From contig NMRA01000203.1 of assembly GCA_002633005.1 (NCBI GenBank), positions 628,393-692,392 of the forward strand: a stretch of 64,000 nucleotides of DNA, written 5' to 3'. Shown here piece after piece: positions 51,462-64,000 of this stretch. The DNA comes from Phoronis australis. Taxonomy: Eukaryota; Animalia; Phoronida. The number at the start of each line of letters is the position of its first letter. Position 1 is the stretch's first letter. The notes under the pieces are model-generated. The model searched no databases. It saw only the letters and a program-made list of their open reading frames with translations, and was not told the origin of the DNA. The position numbers and the translations under genes are program-made.

Positions 51462-52204
51462 TTTGTTCCTTTTTTCAAAATTAAAAAGCACCCATGAACA
51501 TTTGATAATGGGCGTTTGGTAGGAAATTTCCAGTGATCACGTGTCACGAACGTTGCGATCTCGGTGACCGATTTCTTTGCTGGAAAAGCAGAAGACTTGT
51601 GCAGCAAACGATGATTAGTAGTTGATTGGTTTTCATTAAACCGTCCGTAGCGCCGCACCAAGTGAATGTCAATCATGTGTAAGAAGTTTGTGTTGAGTTG
51701 ACCGCAAATCAGAATTTTAGTAAGCAGATCGATCAAACCCATTTCGTTCTAGGAGAACGATTCTAGTTTACAGGTCCCGGAACCACATATATACCTGGCT
51801 GGGTATTTTTAACATGCTTGGATCCACTCCTTTAACGGAAAACGAGAAACGAGGGACGAGAAAACTAAACCACGGACCCAGAAGTGACGAACCCTGTTGA
51901 TTCATTTTGCGAACAACATTGCTTCACAATGAATTTAGCGACAGTCTTTCTCCGTATACTGTTAGAACAGCACTTATCGTTTTAGATACAAAATAATCAA
52001 AAGCACTGTCTTAGATGTAAAATTCACTTGATAATTGTCTGAAAGGCTAATTTGGGGCTTGGGTATCGCTTTGTATTAGCAATTGGAATGTTGGAAACAA
52101 TCCCTTATGCTGTCCAAGTCTTGATTCAGACAGAGATTATGATACATGAATCCTATATTCGGTTGTAGTATCGAAGGAATGCACGCACATACAGGTACTT
52201 GAAG

Positions 52205-52521
52205 CAGTGGCGGATCTAGGATATCGATAAGGGGGCAACGTTTTTTCTCGGGGGAATCGTGCAAAGCACGACTGCGCTGGCGCACCCAGCCTAAAATATA
52301 GGGGGGGCTCGAATTTCTGAGGATGTCCACGACTAAAAAAAACGGGAAACCGATTGTGACGGCAGCGGACTGACACTTGCAATCGGGTCTGAGCCACGCC
52401 CACCCACACGCACACACTAACTGAAACTGTACACATTGTTAAATCTGGTTTCAGCAGCATGTTAATTACCGGGGTAAGTATATAATGAACTCAATATTTC
52501 CTCCCCCTAAATCCGCCAATG
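52205..52521. mobile_element. MITE family A copy, 5-bp TSD TGAAG
   Basis: CAGTGGCGGATCTAGG ... CCTAAATCCGCCAATG. Confidence 0.8.
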
Positions 52522-54165
52522 TGAAGGAAAATTGGGGGAGAGCACGGGAGACGGGTCATGAGAGGAAGACTGGACGGCTCTCCTCAAAACATTTTCAGAA
52601 TTTACACGTGTTAATGTGAATTTCTGTTCATTTCAGTGGTACCATGTCACAATTTTGAACTAAAATTGAACTCCAGAAATCACAAAAATCCTTGTTCACG
52701 AATGTCAGTATCCTGAGTATCGTAATTCGTTACATATCATATTGTACACGGTCATCAAAATTGGTTGTTTCGACCACATGTCTCATTGATGCAACTGAGC
52801 TTCGCATGCGGTTTTCATGTCCAGTTTTATTAATTTTCCTCGTGAATAGATGACAGTCCCGGATGCAAACGGGCCACTGCTCCCGACTAAGGGAGAATTA
52901 CAAAATATGAAATGCGCGCTGCCAAAAATACTGCAATATGAAACACTATATCACTTAAAAATGGAAAAGGGTGAAAGGGTAAGAGTTGATTCCATCATCA
53001 GATCACTTTACTTTAATGTAAATGTTCGTAGAATTTCACAAAAACAGGATAAAATCAGACAATCGATTGCATCATTGCCCCCCCCCCCGCAAGTGCAGGA
53101 CCTTATCGACATGACTGTAAATTTTGATAACCATCTATCTACACAATTATAGAATCTAACTGAGCAAAAATATATATTTTCGGAAAGAAGAGTGCCCGTG
53201 CAATTTGATTTTTGACTTTATACCAATCTGTCGTTAATTAGGTCACATGACCATGCTTTTTAATAAAATTGAGCAAGAAAGGTACATTCATACCAAACAG
53301 CAAGATCAATAGCAAATTTCGTATGATACACCGCGGCCAACCCGCGATCAACAACGCCCGGAAGGCCATCGAGAACGAAACTGCATCAAAATGGCAGACG
53401 ACAGTAACTTAACTGGTGAGTTTAAGTGTCATTTTCTTCTTAAATACAGGCTACTTTGGTACGAATGCGACACACAGAAAAGCGTCAGAGTGTAGCCTTT
53501 GTTGCAGATCTGAAATAATACTTGGCTTTTGCCTACTTTTATAAAATAAAGAGCTTGTGCCTCGTAAAATCGACAATTTCTACCTGTTAAAAGCAATTCT
53601 GGGGTTCTTAAGTAGAGACGTGTGCCATTTATAGTTTAATCGTCCCTGGTGACACCTTTATTAATTACGATTTGTGAAACAGTTCGAGACATTTACGAAT
53701 ACAAGCATGTCCTTGTGTGAGACGGTGATCAGAAGCGAAGTGCTTAATTCTCTATGGCGATCGTGAAGGCAAAAAAGCGATTGTGAACTCACATTTTTTC
53801 TCTTTGATTGGCCTGAATAGCTGTTCAAGTTACGGTATTATGTCAATAATTTTAGAATAGTGCGGACCCTGAATTAGTTGATTGGTGTATCATTAATTAT
53901 TTTTCACCGTTTTTCATGATTTCTTTGTTGAATTTAGCTTAAGAAATATAACTAAGTGCGTTTGATTTTTTTCGGTTGAACTGTAGCTACACGACGAGTC
54001 CTTCAGGGTGTTAACGTCCACACCTTCAAAAAATAGTACAACTGCTGCATGTAACAACGGAGCGTGTGTATGTAGGTATTTCGTGGAGCGTCGTTCAGGA
54101 ACTAAGAAATCGACTTAATATGACCACATGGCAACAAAGCACTACAGCAAGCAAGACCTTTACCA

Positions 54166-55173
54166 CATAGGCGGATTTAGGGGGGGGGGGGGCCAGGGGG
54201 CCCGGACCCCCCTTGGTTGCCGCAAAAAATATAACAGCAAGAGCGTAGGGAAATGTTGAGTTTATTAATTAACCCCGATAATTAAAATTATACGGATGAA
54301 ACAAGATTTAAATGTGTGCAGTTTTAGGGTTGGGGTGGGGGGCTCAGATCCAATTTCAAGTGTCAAATTCGGAACGCGGCTTATTCGTAACGGAAGTATG
54401 GCTAAGTATAGGCTCTCCCGCGATATCCCAGGCGACCGGCAGTGGCACTGCGCACTACGACTCCGTTTCCGTGGTCTGCTTCACTGTGCAATGAAGAAAA
54501 TTTACTTCGTTTTTTAAAGAAAATGGAACCTGAGTGACGATGAAAAAACAGAATCTGCTGGTAAGATGTGAATTTAAATCGAAGCCTTAGTGAATCACTC
54601 AGAAACTCATAATTCTCTCTTTGTCAAACTGACTTTTAAGTCTTAAAAGACGATTTCCTAAGCAACCCGTCATTATTGCCAACACGAAAAACGGATTTGG
54701 TCTTTTGGGCATTTGAAGAGTATTTTAAATACAACAAATTTGTTAAGAACCGATTGCACAAAATATAAAACGTGTAATAAACATTACAAAAAGAAGTAGG
54801 TTTCGAGCGCAAACGCTATGGATCATAAACTAGGTTTCTTAGTACGACTTTAGCAGAGAAGTCGTGGTCGTGTAGTGGTAACGCACGCGCGCGCTAACCG
54901 CCAGGTCGCGAGTTCGAGTCTCTGGTACGTGCAGTTTTTCCTGATTTGATACGTTCTTCGTGTTTTTCTTTCTTGGATAATTCTTCAGGAATCAAGGAAA
55001 ATGCTTGATTTTTGGAGGAAAAAACAGAAAAATTTCCCTCGCGAGAGGGGGGCAAACACCCCTCCCGACCTCCCCCCTTCGGTGCTATGCGCATCTACAA
55101 TCGTGGTTTGCGCAAATGCTTACAGCCGGACAAAATGTTGGGCCCCCCTTGTGATATCCTAGATCCGCCACTG
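54166..55173. mobile_element. Long MITE family A copy (~1 kb), TSD TACCA, with internal tRNA-like A/B-box segment at ~54861-54930
   Basis: CATAGGCGGATTTAGG ... CCTAGATCCGCCACTG, TACCA on both sides. Confidence 0.75.
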
Positions 55174-57291
55174 TACCAGCCCCATGACTGACGTGTTGCA
55201 CGCGTCAAGCTTTTTGCCTACATAAGAAAACACAGCATGCTCAGGAACCAAGTCGATTCCGTGTCTAATCTGCGATCAATGTTTCACGGAAAGCGTGAGC
55301 CTGACACGACACATTGCGTCACAGTACGATGACACTCCTTTTCGTGGTGAATGTGGCATGTCATGCAAACAGTATGCCTCCTTCTACAGGTATAAGAAGC
55401 AGAAACGTCATGAATGAAATCATTAAGTCCAGTGGTGAAGGTTGTTAAGTCGCTATAGTTTATTTAGATTTACAGAGTTTATGGTTGGTAGTTTCTAATG
55501 TGATAGTATTTTGACGTTTTGTTTTGAACCTTTTTTCCTCAAGTTTCTTTCCATATTTGTGTTATTTCAACAGGATCTTTAACAGAACCAGTGCATTTTT
55601 GTAGATTTAATGATCATACTAAGTGTCATTGGGTAGAACGTTCATACAATAGTTTTGGCCCGTTAGTATTTTAAAAGAAAATATGTCTATGATTATTGTA
55701 GAAATTGCTTTCATATTGTTGTTGATTTCCTGTGAGAGACTTTAATACTGTTCATTTCCGGCAAGTACGTCGATCGTCTGCTAATCGTGGTCGGCTGTTG
55801 TGAGGTCGGGTGTGCGTTCAGTAGCGCTAGGATGTAGGTAAAATCTACCCACAATCACGTGTTCTCGTTGAAAATACAAGGCAATATTTCACGTAATCTC
55901 GCGAAGTCTTCCTTTTTATCGAGGTCCTGGCGTTAGTGAATGGGAGGCGGGTGCTTGGCCACAGGCGAAATGTAAAGGACTAAGTTTCCAGCACTGACGT
56001 TTGAATTTTGCAATTACATGACCAGCAGCATTGCCAAAAGTACTCACGATACCAACAGTTCTATTACTGGAAGAGTCTGAACAGCGTTTCAATGTCGAAA
56101 TTATTTTTGTTTGTTGTACTAGACAGTAAAATAGATAAGAGAATATCCCGTCACAATAGGAGGCACAGAACAGTTCTCATAGGGGATTGTCAATCAGATT
56201 ACACGTCAATGGACTCGTCACCCTTTCTTCACTCTGTAAAAAACTGCATGCAAAGAAAGAAATGTTTCGAGTCACTTCACTTCGCAAGCCCTACATATGA
56301 GCACAGAAACTTTGTTCTCTCTTGTTTTTTACAATTTTAGGCCTACTGCTACTGAAAACCAAGCTAGACTAAAAAATGGGGGCAAAAAACGAAAAATCGG
56401 CACTTTTCACCCCAAAACCACCACTTCCCTGCCAATGCGCAACACTAGATTCCGAAAGCAAATTTCCAACCAATTCCAAAAATGTGATCCCAAAGTACTG
56501 TCAACCAACTAGTTTTTTTTGCAAATCTGGCCTACCTGAAATCGCTGCCAATTTCTCAGTCGCTACAACGCAAATGCACAATTGCAAAAGGGGGCCGCCA
56601 TCTTGAAGAAGAATGCAGCTACAACCGAGCGGGTGGTCTTTTTTCATTCTCAACATCTTCACAAATACAAAAAAAAATAAAACATTCACTTGGCCTACAT
56701 GCAATATCTAACCAGAAAATGCTCCCAAGCCTGGCCTACCCCTAGATTTTAATATGTTGGCAGCAGGCTAACTGTTCAGTGCCACCATACACTAACCGGA
56801 AACTGAAATTGGTAATTTAGGATATTTCGCAAGAAAATGTCGAAGTTGCAAATCTGTTGTTTATAATGCATGATAAAATTAAATTCTTGCATAATAGTTA
56901 TAGAAAACTTGATTCCACTAACAATATGGCTCTTTTCGTAAACGTTGCTAAATATCTTTCTTAGCGGAATCATTTGCTTAAACTGACATAGCTTAAAATG
57001 CCTCATTTGTACACCGTCTGAATTACTTATTGGCAAGATACTGTACAACAGTAACGTACGTATATATTAAAATTTATATGTCTATCCATTTTTAAATTTA
57101 TAGTGGTAGTCTTGTATACTGCAGTTATGGCTGCATTTGTATATATATAAATTATTACATGGCGAAGTCGTTATCCCACGTTGTCTAGAGCCCGAGTGGA
57201 TTTTGGAGAATTTTCGCCCGAGGGGCGTTAATATAAGTGTATTTATAGTATCTCTATATACTACATATGTACGTTCGTCTCTGTGCGCGTT

Positions 57292-57296
57292 TGTGT

Positions 57297-57346
<50 letters not shown>

Positions 57347-57361
57347 GTGTGAGCGCGTGTG
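57292..57361. repeat. (GT)n microsatellite
   Basis: Directly visible. Confidence 0.95.
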
Positions 57362-58691
57362 CGTATTTGTAATATTTTTGAAGCTCAGGTATAATGCTTT
57401 CTTGCCTTTTCTGGGCTTAACTCTTATTATAGTACATTTCACAATTTTTCGTAATAAACATGATAAAAAAGGTTTTGTGTTTCTGACAGCCTGACTGAAA
57501 ATTTTAGGAGCAGGGACATCTAGGAATTTATTGGAACAAAAAGATGAATTTTCAGGAACATTTTCCGAAAAAGGGAGATTTTAGAGAAGGAAGGTTCTAG
57601 TAGCGTATCGTCCCGGATTCACGGTTAAATATTCTACACAGTGTTGAGCGGCTTTCAAAGCTCACATCAGATAAGTAAAACTGAATTTCTTCAGTGACGC
57701 AGGTTTTGCTGTGGAAAAGCATTTATTACTTATTCAGAGATAGACATTGAATACCAGACATCATGCTGCTCCGCCTGTACTCAGGATCAGGGCTGTGTTT
57801 GAACAGTAAACTGACAACCTTCCAAACTCACGCTACTTGCCAAGTGCTAGTGTTTGTGTCTCGAGGCGTTTTCATTTAAGTGCCGGGAGGAAAATCTAGC
57901 CGCTGCACGTATCTCACAGAAACAGGTGAACGCGAAAATTGTTATGGAATCCACATTAGCAAAAAAAAAACTATGAAATACATGGACTTTTTTATATTAC
58001 TTATGGGAGTGTAGCGCACGTGACGCACGGATGTGAGAGTTATTCATGGCCAGATTAACCGCGAAAGGGCGGGCCAGCCGTCTACAAGGGTTCGATTTAA
58101 GCTTATCTTATACTTTTGAGGAGTCTAAAGACGTTTTTTCAATTTTAATTGACAAAATTAGTGTTACGTAGAGTTTATGCCTCCCATTTATCAAAAGAAT
58201 TACATATTACTGGGAACCTGTAAGCCAAGAGTGACTTTCAGTGACTAAGTCGGAAATGGGTCTCTTAAATTTAATCGCCATTCCTCTGTCAAATGGTGGA
58301 TTTTATAGTGACGACTTTCAAATGACATAAATCGATGATGCGTCGGTAATTTATCTAGAACTTAAACTTTAAAAAAATGTACAAAGTAGCTACACCAGTC
58401 CCGGCGCGGCCAACAGATGGGTTAAAGCACTACGATTCAGAAGTAGATAAATCCTCAGAATATAAATAGTACAAACTAAGAGTGCCAAAGGCGTCATTTA
58501 GTCACATCAGCTTTCGACAACTGTCATCAACACATAGACATGTTATTTGCAAAAAACAAACACGTGACGAGCCAGAGGTTTATAAAGCCACTGCTGTAAC
58601 CACTTATGAGGGCAAATTTGTATTGATTTTTTGATATCACGAACCAATGTATTTTACAAAAGACTCCATGTTTAAATTGTACATTTTACAT

Positions 58692-60030
58692 AACAAGAGC
58701 AACGCGGAGCGTCGCAATGCGCCCACGAATGCATTGCAAATGATGTACATTTAGGGTTATTTATTTGTATCATAAAAATGGCCACTAGATGGCGCAAAAA
58801 CATACAATCCATCCAAAAACAGGAACATGCCATATTTCATAAAATCTGTCAAGGAACTTCACAGAAACAAAGGAAAACAGAATAAAATGAAATTGCCACT
58901 AGTGGGCACAGTGTCCGTTGGATCCGCCTGAAAGTCGTCGTCGTCTGTTGTTATCTTCATATAAATACACTTACTAAATTTAATAAAGATCCTGCAGTGG
59001 GTTTAGGAGATACAATTATGGGCGCAAAACAAAACTACCACTAGGAGGCGCCACAGTAGTCAGACTCACTATCATCACAGGTCGTCTTCACACTGAGAAC
59101 ATATATGGCAATTTTCAAATGATTTGGTTGATACAGGGGTGGACGCCAAAACCAAGATTTGAAAACAGCAAAAGTGGCGCAAAATACCTCGATTCCATCC
59201 AAAAACAGAAAGATAGCGTCATCACACCAATAGATGCCTACATTTAAAATTTTATGAAAATCTGTTGAGGACCTTTGAAGATACAGAGTTAAACGTAAAA
59301 AACTAAAATTGCCACTAGGGGCACAGCAGTAGTCAGATCTGTCCGAAAGTCGTCGTCGTCCGTACTCAACATCATATAAATACACTTGCTAAATTAAGTA
59401 AAGATCCTGCAAACAGTTTAGGAGATACAGCCATGAGCGCAAAAATGCCACTAGGAGGCGCCCCAGTAGTCGAAGTCGTCAGAAAATCATCGTCAGCCGT
59501 CCACTTCATAGTAAAAACATACATGCCAATTTTTACAATTGTCCTGAGAGGAGATACATCTATAGGTGCAAAAAAAACTGCCACTAAGAGGCGCCACAGT
59601 AGTCAAAGTCGTCGAAAATCCTCGTCAGATGTCCACTTCAAAGTAGGAGCATACATGCCAATTTTCACAATCATCCTTTGAGCGGTTTGGTTGATAGAGG
59701 GGTGGACGCAAAAAAGCAGTAAAAACGGCCACTAGGTGGCGCAAACTACGTCGAATCCATATGAAAACCGGAGGATAGCGTCATCTCACTAATAGGTGCC
59801 TACATACCAAATTTCATGAAAATCCGTTAAGGACTTTTGAAGATACAAATGTAAGCGTAAAAAACTAAAACTGCCACTAGGGGGCACACCGGTAATCGGA
59901 CCCGTCCAAAAGTTCGCTCATGCCGTCCTGAAAGGAAAATATGTGCCAAATTTCATGAACGTATGTCAAAGGGTTTTGGAGATAGAGCACCGGACGTCGG
60001 ACGGAGATGACGGCATAAGGAATAATTCTT
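58692..60030 (+). mobile_element. HINE/pearl-like repeat, same family as 71-874
   Basis: Starts AACAAGAGCAACGCGGAGCG..ATGCGCCCAC, has ~8 subrepeats containing GCCACTAG, ends with GGACG(T)CGGACGG. Confidence 0.62.
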
Positions 60031-63000
60031 TCACGCGAGTAACTAGGAAGCACTTTTACAAAGAATCAGTGCAGATGGTGATAGGAGTCACTATGCTTCC
60101 AGATCTTGCATACCCTTTTAATGAACATTTTGACGCTTTCATACTATTAAAACATTTTTGTTACTAATCTAACTGTACGTATTTTTAGTTATATAGCAAA
60201 AAATAAAAGTGAACTATAAAATTTCTTGAGAAAACCCGAGTATTAGTACTTTATTAAATTAGATGTAAATCGACAGTTCGACTAGCCACAAACATTAACA
60301 ACTTTTAGAACGATTGCAATGTTGATGGGACTTTGTTTTAAGGGAAAATGTGGTCTTCTAAGAGTGAAATTGATTGCAATAACATTCAATGAAAAGGAGG
60401 TCATGCCTAAATATCCAGCCCTTGCTACGTCCTGGTCGTCCTAGCTGCTTCTCAAACGATGTCCCCGGCCCATCCTGATAATACTCGTCGGCATGCCGGG
60501 ATCCACCACCACACTTTTCAGAGGGCTACGATATGAGTTTGGGGCACTTTTCAATAAACGGGGGCGGGGCGGGGGGACAAACACAAGTTTTGACTCGGGG
60601 ATGGCTTTTTGGGCGATGGAAAAGGGAGCATGGCCCCATTTTGCCCACATGGCTGTGCCAGAATTTTCAATTTCATGTGAAAACATTCCATTTTGTTTCG
60701 CCCTTTACATTTTCTCTTTTAAGCCGATGAACTCATAACAAGAGAGAGGGAGGGAAGGAGTGACGGAGAGTGATATATTTTCATATCACATGCATAAACA
60801 GAATTACAGCAGTGATTGGGTGGCCAGCGAAGGCATGGGCAGCGAATAGCAAAAATTAAATGACAAGTTTCCCCTTGTACCCAATATGCAAAGCGAACGG
60901 AGGGTGTGGGGATTCCGTTTTCATAGCGATGAGATTCCTCACCTGAAACGCCCAAGAAAGACAATCAAGTAGCAATTAAAAGACGGTGTCAAAATATCAG
61001 TTCCCTACACTCCGCCATTCATGATTGGCGAAGGACACGATCTGCTTTCCCAAAAAATAAAGATCAACTATAAGTAGTAATTTGCGTTCTGACAGCATCG
61101 TGCAAGTACAAAAAGTGCTGCCCAAGGAAATGTGTGAATGTCACAATGTTTAACGTCCACTAAATTTAAAGCAAAGTTTGGGTAGGAGCCGTAAATTTTT
61201 ACCTGCTGAGTTGTTCGCTAAAAGGGCACCAAATGCTGATTACGAAAAATACAATGTACAATATTACGATTTAAGTCTTTAGAAATGGAGCTGACTAAAA
61301 GACTTCGAAAGAACAGAGTGCTTGACTGTGCCACTAGGCAAGTTGGCTAGTCACAGCATCGTTTTACGCGCCAGTTACAGTCTCAAGGAATAGCCCACTG
61401 TCAGTTCTTTGCAGCAAACCCAGAAATCACTTCAATCTCATCTAAGCAAGGAACAAGGCAAGATCAATTCTATAGCTGTAAATGATCCAAGTCAAAAACT
61501 CTATCTTGACAGGAACAAGGGTTAATAGCCACTAAAATAAAAAACAGAAGCTAAAAAACAAAAAAATAGAAAGAAATTTTGACTTTAAGAGCTTTATTCT
61601 TCACAAAAAATCATAGCAAATGTAATAGTGTGACGGTTTTGTACAAAGCAGTTTTGTTACAAAATTATTTTGAATTATTTACAAACATTGGCATTTCATT
61701 CAGTTAAAGGGGCATGTTACCTTTTTTGAAAGTACTTGACTGTGTCAATTTGTAAAATTTTAGTTATCTACTTAGTTTAAATACTAAAAAGATACTTTTA
61801 TTTATCAAGTCATACCTTTATTGCACAAGTATAATTGTTAGTATGAGGATCATAAAAAGGTCTGTGGTTGTCTTGACCATGAAGCAAAGTAACTTCAGGT
61901 TGGAAAAATTGCAATTTTCACTAACTTCCTTTTCAAAATACTTATTTTTATAAAAAGAAAAATAAGCTGAACTGAACACAACACCTTCAAAACTGGTAAC
62001 ATTGCCCTTAGGTAAGCACTCTAGAAAGGGATGACTTGCTAATACTTTACACAATATCACTTGTCAGGGAGACAGAGTCACCTCATAGTATTCCAAACAA
62101 GGGTTTACCCAGTAAAAGGTAACATTCATAAAGGACTCTGAGCAAAGAAAGTAGTGTTGAACCTAAAGGTCTGTGAGCTAATTCCTCTGGAATGACAGCT
62201 TGTTTGAGAGAAACAGCTCAATGTCTTCCCTAGACACTGAATCAGAGTGGCCTCTTGGTTGACTGTCCAGAATACGGGTTCCGTCTTGCCACTCCCAGAC
62301 TAATCGATTCAGAATACAAGACCTACAAGACGAATGGAAATTAAGCAGTGAACTACTGGCCAAACTCAACCTTTCAAGTTATATCAAGTTAACCTTAATG
62401 GCCACCCTCGTCTAAAATTTCACTTTTAAATTAACATGCTCGGCTTAGTACCCACTCAAATTTGTATGACAGAGACTTCCTTAAAAGTGGCAATGTCTTC
62501 GTGAACACCTGTTTCTCCAGAATTTTAACTCTCAAAACATTCGCAACTAACCTTTCAGTTATGGAGTCAGTCTTAGAAGCACCTCACCATGTACTGGTAA
62601 GAAAATACCCACTTTTGACTGAAGGAGACGTGAAATGGTTCTTACAATTCATGCACATTCGAAGATTTTCATACTTACCTAGGTGCAAAATTGGTGAAGA
62701 CACTTGCATATTAAGCAAATAGGCTATCTGGGTTACTCAACACCTGTCCCCACTAACTCGAATTTTTTTTAAATGAGCAAGTTTGGCTTTGATGCATAAC
62801 TGCCTCAGACAAGTAAGATACAAAAATCAGAAAACTTACTGCTGTCATGTTAAGGAATATTTTAAGGCTTATATTTAGATGTAAGGCGAGTATTTTTAAC
62901 AACTGAATGTGAACACCCCATAAAGTGCCTTGGGTACTTTTGCGGAAACAAAAATCTCTTCAATTTGTTCTTGTTCTCAAAATATGCCCAGCCGAATGTT

Positions 63001-63559
63001 ATCTGTTGGCGTAATTGAATCTGACATTTTACATTATATAATAAGATGATGACGAGAGCAAGTGAATTGATTACCGTAATTAGAATGCACTTATACTGTA
63101 ACAACACTTAGGATTCATTTGCACCTCAGACTATTTCTAACAGTACATCATTTCAAAGACCGCCTCTTGAAGAAGGCAGAAAAAATACTAGGAAACTCTT
63201 ACGATTATAGCTTTCAATGCTCAAACCTAACAAAACCAAACTTTTCTTTATGCATTTTTAAACATCACCAGTCATTTATCACTTCCTTCATTTCCAAAAA
63301 AGTGTCTACGGGCACTTTCTGGTGATGTGAACTTTATCACAAATCTCCAATCTAATTTAAAAGATTGACAATTATCAAAAGCAAAGAGTTCAGAACACAT
63401 CTACAAATTATTGTTGCCAGTAGAAGCACAAAGGATGCTGCAAATAATCAGAATAGGCAACAATCATGGCATGGTATTTTCATGAGCCAACTTCAAATAA
63501 AAAGTTTCATTTAAATGGCGATAGTTTTTCACATCCTTCAATTAGAGTAATGTGCGATA

Positions 63560-64000
63560 AGAAATGTGCCCATGATTGCATCACAAAGTGTATGCTTCTA
63601 GATGCATATATTACCGGTAGTATCATAAAATGGCCACTAGATGCCACAGAATACACCGAACCAATCCAAAAATAGGGAGGCGTCATCTCCCTAAAAGAAA
63701 ACTATTTGCCACATTTCATGAAAATCTGTCACAGAAATCCAAAGATACAGGCGTAAACATAGAAAACCAAATTGCCACTATGAGACACACAACAGATGTC
63801 AAATTGATGGCAATACACTTGTCAAATTTCACAAAGACCATAGCACCTAAGTGTATCACAGAAACGGTCACTAGATGGCGCAAAATAAATCGAATCCTTC
63901 CGAAAACGAGAATTTGTCATCATTTCTTTAATAGAAAGCTATTTACCAAATATATAAATCCGTCAAAGAAACAGAGAAAACAGAAAAAAAATTGCTAGCT
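63560..64000 (+). repeat. Diverged third copy of the GCCACTAG-subrepeat family, running off the window
   Basis: AAAATGGCCACTAGATG, AAATTGCCACTA, CACTAGATGGCGCAAAA and TTTCATGAAAATC blocks shared with 58.7-60 kb. Confidence 0.5.

Overview
AT-rich eukaryotic genomic DNA with GT-AG introns and dense transposon debris; a marine invertebrate origin is inferred from the gene and repeat content. Two multi-exon genes were assembled by hand with consistent splice phases, arranged head-to-head. (1) Minus strand, 31285->2971: a single-pass membrane protein (signal peptide, C-type lectin domain, Thr/Pro linker, D8C/uromodulin-like Cys8 domain, VWDE-type CPxG..GFSPGC module, TM helix, Tyr-containing tail). 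It has 9 exons totalling 1401 nt in frame; the ATG exon was not located. (2) Plus strand, 43240->50796: an opsin, probably group 4/tetraopsin-like, with the retinal Lys and E181 retained but NPxxY changed to NPIIL. Its TM3 exon is not visible and probably lies in the N gap. Mobile DNA includes a P-type element nested in an ISL2EU-like element, a Kolobok-like THAP remnant with an inverted 5' duplication, a Gypsy LTR remnant, a CR1/L2-group LINE, Penelope-like inverted repeats with minimal hammerhead ribozyme motifs, a 328-bp Polinton-like miniature element, several hAT-like MITE families, tRNA-derived SINE heads and Helentron-type (HINE) repeats carrying arrays of CTCF-like motifs. Family assignments come from motif recognition, not database searches.
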